Shown piece by piece: positions 49,763-56,226 of a DNA stretch of 56,226 bases. The notes under the pieces were generated by a model that saw only the letters and a program-made list of their open reading frames with translations, was not told where the DNA came from and made no database searches. Origin of the DNA: a virus (lineage: Duplodnaviria > Caudoviricetes); the IMG/VR virus record IMGVR_UViG_3300037424_002033, positions 1-56,226 of that record; one strand, 5' to 3'. The translations under genes and the position numbers were made by a program. Positions within the stretch are counted from its first letter, which is position 1; every line of letters begins with the position of its first letter.

Positions 49763-51597
49763 AGTTCCCTCCCACCGCCGATGATCTTCGCCGCCATCGT
49801 CTTCACGAGGTCGGCATCGTCAACGCCGGAGAGATCCGCCGCGAAGCCTGAAACTTCATCCTGGCCGATCACCTTCTCCACGGCCGGCATCTTGCTAAGT
49901 AGCAAGCTCGCGATCCGCTCGTCGATGGTGCCCTCGGCGATGAGGTACTCGATCAAGACAGCGCGGGTCTGCCCAAGCCGTGCGACACGGCCTTCTAGCT
50001 GAACGATCGAGCCCGGGGTCCACGGCAGCAACGCCACGAGGAGGTGATCGGTGTCCTGAAGGTTGAGCCCCTCGCCCCAGGCGTCGGTGGTGCCGACGAG
50101 GATGGCGGGGCCGGGCGCCGCCATGTACGCGATGCGCATCGCCTCGCGCTCGTCAGTCGAGTGGGCGCCGTGACCGCCGGTGATGAATGCTGTCTTCCCG
50201 TGCCGCTTCGTTACTGCCTCCAAGATCGCGTCCACGTCTCTTCTTCTTCCAGTGAAGACCACGGTCTTCAAGCCACCCTCGACGTCGGCGTCGATCTTCT
50301 CGAAGAGCCGGCGCCGCTTGCGCGCCGCTGCCTCGAAAAACAGGACCTCCCTCAGAGCCTCGTTGCCGCGCTTCGCGGCGGCGCGGACCTCGGCCACCAT
50401 GCCCGACTTCACCTGATCCTTCGCGGCGACGTAGGTGACGATCCGGCGCTTGGGCGGGAGGTAGCGGTTCGCCTCCGCGTGGAAGACACGGTGAGTCATC
50501 GTGTCGATGCGTGCTTTCAACTCGACGAGGTTCGAGTAGCCGTCGTCGGTCATGCCGAACGCAGCCTCGACGGCTCCGGCGTACCGCCGCGCCCACGTCC
50601 AGTAATTCCCCCACTCGTACGGCTGGCAGAGGTCGAGTTGCGCCCAGAGGTTGCGGACGCGGTCGCGGATCGGCGTCGCCGTCGTCAGGAGCCGGCGCGA
50701 TGCGAGGCGCGTCAGCCTCATCGCGGCAGCAGCGATGTTATCAGCGAGGGTGAACTTCACCTTCGGCTCGGGGATGGCAATCGGCTCCGGCGGGATCCCA
50801 CTCGCTCCGCCTGCGCCATCCATGTCGAAGACGGTGAGATCGACGGGGGCCGCCGCAGGCGGCTCGGTGAAGAGGAAGCCGAGGTCGATGCCGCGATCTA
50901 GCTCCTCGACCGTCTCCTCCTCCTCCTCCTTCACCGTCTCGACCGCCCACCGCTTCTTGCTGCTCACCTTCTGACTCTCGTCGAAGATGAGCGAGATGCC
51001 TTTGCCGCGGAAGCTCCGCTCGAAGACGGGGATCCACGCTGGGAGGATCTCATAGGAGATGATGACGAGCACCGGCGCGGTGCCGCGCTCCGTCGCCATC
51101 GTGGACACGATCGCGTTCGCGTTCGGCGTCTCGCCTTCCAAGATCACGGGCCGGACGAAGGTGTACCGCTCGACCTCGCCGGCCACCTGTAGCTTCACCG
51201 CCGCCTTGGTGACGATGACGACGGGCTTGCCGCCAGCGAGCGCCCAGATGATCGCCGCCAGAGTTTTCCCGCTGCCGGCTGACCACACGAAGGCACCGGA
51301 GTTGTCGGGCCACTCGCACGACGCGGCGAGGCCCCGCCGCTGGTAGGGCGTGAGAAACTCCGGCACCCACTCGCGGATCAGCGGTGTGGCAAGTCGCAGA
51401 TCACGGACGCCGCGATCGTCGCCGGTGCGGTACGCCTGGGGAGCGAGACCACGATCGCGGCCCCACCGCAGCACGATCTCGCGCGCGTTCTCGGGAACGA
51501 AGCACCGTTTCCGGAAGCTCACGCCGGGAACGTCGGCGAGGAGTTCCGCGACCTCTTCCTCTGACAGTGATCGGTTGAAGGTGAAAACCCAGCGCAT
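49759..51597 (-). CDS. SNF2-family helicase
   Basis: LTPYQ, GSGKT, DESQ, TATP, EGLNLQ, Q.EGR..RLGQ. Confidence 0.9.
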   Translation of the reverse strand: MRWVFTFNRSLSEEEVAELLADVPGVSFRKRCFVPENAREIVLRWGRDRGLAPQAYRTGDDRGVRDLRLATPLIREWVPEFLTPYQRRGLAASCEWPDNSGAFVWSAGSGKTLAAIIWALAGGKPVVIVTKAAVKLQVAGEVERYTFVRPVILEGETPNANAIVSTMATERGTAPVLVIISYEILPAWIPVFERSFRGKGISLIFDESQKVSSKKRWAVETVKEEEEETVEELDRGIDLGFLFTEPPAAAPVDLTVFDMDGAGGASGIPPEPIAIPEPKVKFTLADNIAAAAMRLTRLASRRLLTTATPIRDRVRNLWAQLDLCQPYEWGNYWTWARRYAGAVEAAFGMTDDGYSNLVELKARIDTMTHRVFHAEANRYLPPKRRIVTYVAAKDQVKSGMVAEVRAAAKRGNEALREVLFFEAAARKRRRLFEKIDADVEGGLKTVVFTGRRRDVDAILEAVTKRHGKTAFITGGHGAHSTDEREAMRIAYMAAPGPAILVGTTDAWGEGLNLQDTDHLLVALLPWTPGSIVQLEGRVARLGQTRAVLIEYLIAEGTIDERIASLLLSKMPAVEKVIGQDEVSGFAADLSGVDDADLVKTMAAKIIGGGREL

Positions 51598-51627
51598 CGT
51601 GCTCCCCCCGCCTACCCGTGCTCGGGG

Positions 51628-51656
51628 ACGCTACCGCCCCGGGTCGGATCTGTCAA
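51628..51656 (-). promoter_or_regulatory. Sigma70-like promoter for the leftward arm
   Basis: TTGACA, 17 nt spacer, TAGCGT. Confidence 0.65.
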
Positions 51657-51662
51657 CACGCC

Positions 51663-51691
51663 TTGCCGGGCGGGCCCCGCGGGGCTAGACT
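51663..51691 (+). promoter_or_regulatory. Sigma70-like promoter for the rightward arm (back-to-back with the above)
   Basis: TTGCCG, 17 nt spacer, TAGACT. Confidence 0.55.
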
Positions 51692-51756
51692 CGCCGGCCG
51701 CGGGTAGGTCAGGGGGTCGTAAGGGTGGCAAATCTGATGAAGGTCGAGGCGAAACC

Positions 51757-53106
51757 GTGAGCGAGATCCCCATCACGGATCTGCTCCTCGACGCCCTCGA
51801 CACCGGCTCGACCGTTCTGACCCAGCGGGTTCTCAACGAGCCCACGCAACCCCCGCGGTTCCTCTGGGATCGGCTCATGCTAGCCGGCGAGGTGGGGACC
51901 TTCGTGGGGGGCAGCGGCGCCGGGAAGTCCCGGCTCCTCTGCGGGCTCGCCGTCGCGATCGCCTCGGGCCGGGGGGAATTCCTTGGCTACGCCTGCCAGA
52001 GTGGCACGGTCGCGGTGATCTCCTCAGAAGACGGGGTCGAGTTCTACCGCCGGCAGGTGAAGGCGTGGTGCGTTCACTTCGACGTCCCCTTCCAACTCAT
52101 CGGGTCGAAGATCAGAATTTACGATCTCCCCGAAATCATCCCCGCCGGATATCCCGCGTCGCTCACCGTTCATGATCGCGGCGGCGTCGTCGTCAACGTT
52201 CCGCTCGTCTCGGCGATCACCCGCAGCCTGAATCAATCCGGGCTGCACTACTCTCAGCACGTTGAAGCCGTTGCAGACGATGAACCGATCCCGAGCGGCG
52301 CCGGAGCGAATGCGCTTCGTCTCGTCATCGCCGAGACGGCGAGCACTCTGAGCGTCGGCGACGAATCGAATGAAGCGATGCGCGAATTAATTCGGGCCCT
52401 AGCTTCGATCGCCCATACGGGGCTGTCCGCGCCGGCTGTCGCGGTCACCCACCACGCGACGAAGGCTGAGATGGAGAAGCAGGAGCCCTTGACGGTAGGC
52501 TCCGGCCGGGGTGGGTACGCTTTCACCGCGAACGCTCGGGGTGCGCTCACTCTCGGCAAGGAACGGCTTTCCCAGGCCGATGCGGTGCTCCGGTGCCAGA
52601 AGGTCCGCGACGGCCGGGTAGACGACCTCCCGCCGATCTTCCTCGACTTCGAGGAGGTCGAGGTGGACGGGCACGAGGAGGCTGTGCTGGTGCCGGCCTC
52701 GAACACCCCCGCGGCGTACGTGCCAGCGGGGCAGGCGAGCCCGCTAGAGGGCGCGAACGGTGGGGGGAGGGCGAAGGTAGGGCGACCGTCCACCGATTCG
52801 CCAGCGGCCCGTGCTGCCGCCATGCTTGCCATCGCGCAGGTGGTGACGAGCTACGCGGATCGGGAAGGGCCCCCTACGCGATGGGAGGTGCTCTCGGAGT
52901 CGCTCGTCGTCGAGGCTGGACTTGGCCGGGGGCCGCTGCGCACACTTCTCGACGCACTCATCACGGCCGGGTGCCTTGCCGTGGGGCCTTCTCGCCAGGG
53001 GGCCAAGTTCACCCTCGTGCCGGGGAAGCGGTTCGCCGAAATGAAGTTCGCCGCCGAAACTAAGCTCGCCGAAACCTCTGGGCAGGGAGGTGGAGAGAAC
53101 CACTGA
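51757..53106 (+). CDS. RecA-family (AAA_25, RepA-like SF4) replicative helicase
   Basis: GGSGAGKS, SSED, HHATK, GRGG; C-terminal winged-helix-like part. Confidence 0.8.
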   Translation: MSEIPITDLLLDALDTGSTVLTQRVLNEPTQPPRFLWDRLMLAGEVGTFVGGSGAGKSRLLCGLAVAIASGRGEFLGYACQSGTVAVISSEDGVEFYRRQVKAWCVHFDVPFQLIGSKIRIYDLPEIIPAGYPASLTVHDRGGVVVNVPLVSAITRSLNQSGLHYSQHVEAVADDEPIPSGAGANALRLVIAETASTLSVGDESNEAMRELIRALASIAHTGLSAPAVAVTHHATKAEMEKQEPLTVGSGRGGYAFTANARGALTLGKERLSQADAVLRCQKVRDGRVDDLPPIFLDFEEVEVDGHEEAVLVPASNTPAAYVPAGQASPLEGANGGGRAKVGRPSTDSPAARAAAMLAIAQVVTSYADREGPPTRWEVLSESLVVEAGLGRGPLRTLLDALITAGCLAVGPSRQGAKFTLVPGKRFAEMKFAAETKLAETSGQGGGENH

Positions 53107-53400
53107 AGGTGGTTTCTCTCCCTAGCCCCCGGGAGTATCCGTGAAGGTCCGAAAACCTCAGTTAGAAATCTGAAATTATTAGGGAAAGGCCCGCGCCAAT
53201 ACTGCCGTGAACTACTCATGTAGTCCAGCGGGTTTTCGGCGAGGTCTTAGAAATCTGAAACGACTAGAGAAACCCGCCGCCGGAAGTACCGCGAGTGAAA
53301 TAGCCCCGGCGAACCTTCCGGCGAACCGCGAACGGGCGAAAATAAACCCATCCGGTATTAAGTGCCGCGTTCGGCGAGCCGGAAATTAATTCCTCGCCGG
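53107..53400. other. Candidate replication origin
   Basis: Non-coding and visibly AT-richer; TTAGAAATCTGAAA at 53162-53175 and 53247-53260; GCGAA cluster at 53309-53340. Confidence 0.55.
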
Positions 53401-53476
53401 CCGGCGGCACCGCTCTGACCATCACGTGTGTGACACGGCTTGCGTTCTCGCGCGCCGGCTGTACCGTGCTCGAACG

Positions 53477-53833
53477 ATGGCACGCCCGAAAGATCGCCGG
53501 GTGGCGCAACTTCTGACCACGGACCCGGATCTCTGCGCAGCAGGGGTGTTCGAGTTCTGCGCTGCCGCCTACCCAAATGCAGCCCTGAATTCAGGGATCA
53601 AGGAATTAGTGCTGCGCGGCATGACGACCGATCCGATGGAAGCAACGATCATCGGCGCGCGTCGTGCGGCGTTCCTCGTCGTCATCGCTGCGATGCGCGA
53701 CGTGATCGCTGACGCATTCACTATGGCGGCCGATCAGTTCCGCGCGGAAGCGATGATCGCACGCGCGAACTATCAGGCGGCGATCGACGAAGCGGTCGCC
53801 GTCGAGCTTCGGAAGCGGGGGATCGAGCCATGA
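53477..53833 (+). CDS. Hypothetical protein
   Basis: MARPK start. Confidence 0.6.
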   Translation: MARPKDRRVAQLLTTDPDLCAAGVFEFCAAAYPNAALNSGIKELVLRGMTTDPMEATIIGARRAAFLVVIAAMRDVIADAFTMAADQFRAEAMIARANYQAAIDEAVAVELRKRGIEP

Positions 53834-53846
53834 GCGGGGGAACGGC

Positions 53847-54440
53847 ATGATCAATAAGGGGGAGAAGGTTGAGATCGGGTCGGGGTTCCGGGAGGAAGAC
53901 GGCACGAAGTTGGAGCCGGAGCTTCAGCCGGTGAAGCACACGATCGCGAGCGAGGCGACGGTTGACGTAGGAGTCGGCCCCGACGGTGGTCAGCAAGTCG
54001 GCGCGCTACCGCTCGCGATCTCGACCGAGATGCCGGCCATCGAAGCGGCCGACGCCCTCACCTCTCTCTGTCACCTCTGCATCTACTGGCGGCCGGAGGA
54101 GTGGCCCCGCGTTCGCGCGAAGCTGACGCCGCAAGAGATGGGCGCGCTGCGCGCGACACTCCTCGCGAAGACCTCCGACGAGATCCCGCAGTTGGAGAAC
54201 GGTGACGACTACTTCGACGTGGATCACGCGATGGGCAACGGCACCCACGGCGTCTGCAAGGCCCTCTCTGAGATGGCCGGCGACGACGTGGTCACCTTCT
54301 ACACCGCGACGTGCCCGGACACGGCGCCCAACGGGGCACCTCTGGGCTTGCTCTTCAAGCCGAAGAGCGAAGCGCGTCGCGGAGTAGCGCGGGCTCGCGA
54401 TGCGATCTTGCTCACCGCAGCCGGGCGAAAGCCCGAGTAG
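53847..54440 (+). CDS. Cys-motif protein (C..C.YW...C...CP)
   Basis: 197 aa, typical codon usage. Confidence 0.7.
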   Translation: MINKGEKVEIGSGFREEDGTKLEPELQPVKHTIASEATVDVGVGPDGGQQVGALPLAISTEMPAIEAADALTSLCHLCIYWRPEEWPRVRAKLTPQEMGALRATLLAKTSDEIPQLENGDDYFDVDHAMGNGTHGVCKALSEMAGDDVVTFYTATCPDTAPNGAPLGLLFKPKSEARRGVARARDAILLTAAGRKPE

Positions 54441-54449
54441 GAGACACCG

Positions 54450-54812
54450 ATGCCGATGGCAATCGCAACGACGACGGAAGACAAGACGCATCCGATGGAC
54501 GCGGGCATCACCACGACGGAGTGGTTCGGGAACAAGGTCATGCTGTGGATCTCGGGCGGGATCGCCGCGCTCGGCACCGGGCTCACGCTCGTCGAGGGCA
54601 TCACGCAGGTGCTTCCCCCCGACTTCGGCCGGATCGGGGTTTGGCTCGCCATCGCGGGCGCGGCCGTGGGCGGGCTGAAGCAAGTCGCCTACGAGGTGCA
54701 GCGGGTGCTCCTGAAGATCAGCGCGATCAAGTACGGCACCGCGGCGCCGGCCCCCACGGATCCCGTCCCGGTGAAGGCGCCGGACGCCGCCGCCGCGAAC
54801 CTGGGAGCCTGA
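54450..54812 (+). CDS. Two-TM holin-like membrane protein
   Basis: GI.TTEW followed by two hydrophobic helices. Confidence 0.6.
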   Translation: MPMAIATTTEDKTHPMDAGITTTEWFGNKVMLWISGGIAALGTGLTLVEGITQVLPPDFGRIGVWLAIAGAAVGGLKQVAYEVQRVLLKISAIKYGTAAPAPTDPVPVKAPDAAAANLGA

Positions 54813-54813
54813 C

Positions 54814-55191
54814 ATGCTTCGGCGCGCGCTCGCCTTCACGCTGGCACTAGGTATCCTGGCCGTGTTTCCTCCCCCAACGGTCAGGGCCGAACCCGGCGTG
54901 GAGGCGGGCGCCGCCGTTCCTGAGTACCTCGCGCCGGCTCCGCCCCCTGCGAAGTACGCGAAGCTGACGTGGGTGTTCGAGACGACGCGCAGCCCTGGCT
55001 ACTGGTACACCGCGACGCAAGTAGTCGCGATCGATCGGCGCATCGACTTCCTCGAACGCGCGTGTTCGCAGGCGCAGGTGGACGCGAAGATCGCGACGGC
55101 GAAGGCGACGATGCCGGCGTGGGTGTGGATCGTGAGCGGCGCCGTTGTCGGAGCCGGGGCAACGTGGGCAACGATGCGCGTGGTGAAGTGA
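54814..55191 (+). CDS. Protein with signal peptide and C-terminal TM (spanin-like candidate)
   Basis: N-terminal signal; WVWIVSGAVVGAG. Confidence 0.6.
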   Translation: MLRRALAFTLALGILAVFPPPTVRAEPGVEAGAAVPEYLAPAPPPAKYAKLTWVFETTRSPGYWYTATQVVAIDRRIDFLERACSQAQVDAKIATAKATMPAWVWIVSGAVVGAGATWATMRVVK

Positions 55192-55481
55192 TGGCCGACA
55201 GCTTCCTAGCCGATCGCCAGGTGCTCTACTTCATCCGCTCCTCGACGTGCGAAGCGTGCAAGGTCGCCGAGCCGGAGTTCGTGGCGTTCGAGCGGAAGCA
55301 CCCGACCGTGATGACGCTGAAGCTCGACGCGGAGGGTCCGCTCCCCGAGCGGCTCGGGCTGAAGGTCAAGGCGACGCCGACGTACGCCTACCGGCGCGGC
55401 AACGAAGCCGTGATGATCGCCGGCGCGATGAAGGTCCGCGACATCGAGTCGTGGCTCAAGAAGCTCGGGGCGACGTTGTGA
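55191..55481 (+). CDS. Thioredoxin-like protein
   Basis: YF....CEAC....P, LD, GL.V.ATPT, G. Confidence 0.85.
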   Translation: MADSFLADRQVLYFIRSSTCEACKVAEPEFVAFERKHPTVMTLKLDAEGPLPERLGLKVKATPTYAYRRGNEAVMIAGAMKVRDIESWLKKLGATL

Positions 55482-55648
55482 GAAAGATCGAGGAGAGTGG
55501 GAAGATCGCCGATACGATCGCTGTGACTACGGTGCTCGCGTTCATCGCCGGAGTGACCTCGCCGCGCTGGGAGGTGGGATTCATCACGGGCTTCGTTCAG
55601 TTCATGTTCGGGATGTTCGTTTTCAGCCTCTTCGAGGCGGGCAAGTGA
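55478..55648 (+). CDS. Small two-TM protein
   Basis: GTGA-coupled; hydrophobic. Confidence 0.5.
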   Translation: MRKIEESGKIADTIAVTTVLAFIAGVTSPRWEVGFITGFVQFMFGMFVFSLFEAGK

Positions 55649-55893
55649 CGACACTTTCGAAAGAGGCAGCGATTAAGATCGCGCGGGAATTCGAACGCAT
55701 GGCGCGTGCTATGCGGCGGGGAACGTCGATCGAAGACCTCATGAAGATGTTAGCGAACGTGTATCTAAGAATGGGCGTCGATGAGTACGGCGCTCGGGCG
55801 TCTACAATGCGCAGTCTCGACTTGATAGTCGCCGAGATGCGGCCGTCGGCTCCGGTGGTTCATCTTCGCGCGATCAAGGGAAAGAAGAAGTGA
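55645..55893 (+). CDS. Hypothetical protein
   Basis: Coupled ORF. Confidence 0.55.
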   Translation: MTTLSKEAAIKIAREFERMARAMRRGTSIEDLMKMLANVYLRMGVDEYGARASTMRSLDLIVAEMRPSAPVVHLRAIKGKKK

Positions 55894-56171
55894 TCGAACT
55901 CTTCATCTACTCGATCGCCGCGTTCGGCTTCGCCTACTGTGCCGGTCACAGCGTCATCTCGCGTGGGCTTCGCTCGTGGATCATCGGCAAGTATGACTAC
56001 GGGCTGCGCTTCTGGTTCGTCACCCTCATCGAGTGCCCCGCCTGTTTAGGATTCTGGACTGGCGCGATCATCGGCGGCGCCATCGACGGCGGCTGGGGCA
56101 TCGCGATCGGCGCGCTCTACACCGCTGGCAGTAACTACATTCTCTCGAAGCTCACCCGTCTCATCGACTAG
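55890..56171 (+). CDS. Membrane protein with CxxC (DUF1360-like)
   Basis: I...LR...LIECPACLGFW.G followed by TM helices. Confidence 0.75.
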   Translation: MIELFIYSIAAFGFAYCAGHSVISRGLRSWIIGKYDYGLRFWFVTLIECPACLGFWTGAIIGGAIDGGWGIAIGALYTAGSNYILSKLTRLID

Positions 56172-56226
56172 TCCCCGGAGGAAGTCATGTCCGCAGCCGT
56201 CACCCCGATGTTCAAGTTGAAGATGT
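56029..56226 (+). repeat. Terminal direct repeat, copy 2
   Basis: Matches 1-198 with 3 mismatches. Confidence 0.97.

Larger units (their letters stand above)
1..56226. mobile_element. Complete circular(ised) bacteriophage genome, probably tailless with an internal membrane (vertical jelly-roll type inferred)
   Basis: Terminal redundancy; dense, translationally coupled phage-like genes; replication and virion arms; no host housekeeping genes; no recognisable terminase, portal or tail genes. Confidence 0.85.

Noticed and set aside
51725-51790. Hammerhead-like CTGATGA...GAAAC with a CCGTGA/TCACGG stem
   Set aside because: No credible stem II and no UH cleavage triplet after stem III; more likely a hairpin occluding the helicase GTG start
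1-56226. Host assignment (Myxococcota-like impression from GC content and signal peptide style)
   Set aside because: Impression only; it needs spacer, attB or homology evidence

Overview
The window looks like one complete, GC-rich, circular (or circularly permuted) dsDNA bacterial virus genome of about 56.0 kb: bases 1-198 are repeated at 56029-56226 with 3 mismatches. It has two arms. The + strand arm (about 51.7 kb through the junction to 22.0 kb) holds a RecA/AAA_25 helicase, a candidate origin, membrane and redox genes, and a long virion module. The - strand arm (51.6 to 22.1 kb) holds a SNF2 helicase, a Cas4-like nuclease, a Sak4-like ATPase plus SSB, a DNA methylase, a UDG-fused PolA with an intein, MazG, a Rad50-like ATPase, DUF932, a TOPRIM protein, NDT/SLOG proteins, a tyrosine recombinase and glycosyl-/methyltransferases. 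I can see no terminase, portal, HK97 capsid, tail genes or A32/FtsK packaging ATPase. Instead the virion module has one single-domain and three tandem two-domain beta-rich paralogs (inferred vertical jelly-roll capsid proteins), many small membrane proteins, many Arg-rich protamine-like proteins, spikes and a membrane-anchored lytic transglycosylase. The inference is a tailless virus with an internal membrane. Main observations: (i) a transglutaminase-like Cys-His-Asp enzyme heads the module, and about 17 virion proteins share a [F/Y/L]G|[D/E/x] motif after short, often Arg-rich leaders, suggesting an adenovirus-like proteolytic maturation or cross-linking system; (ii) a covarying bulged-A RNA hairpin is repeated in front of three core structural genes; (iii) a promoter-to-terminator sRNA sits between the convergent arms; (iv) there is a 34-bp perfect palindrome; (v) a thioredoxin lies near a CxxC membrane protein. 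All family assignments come from reading motifs by eye; no database searches were run.
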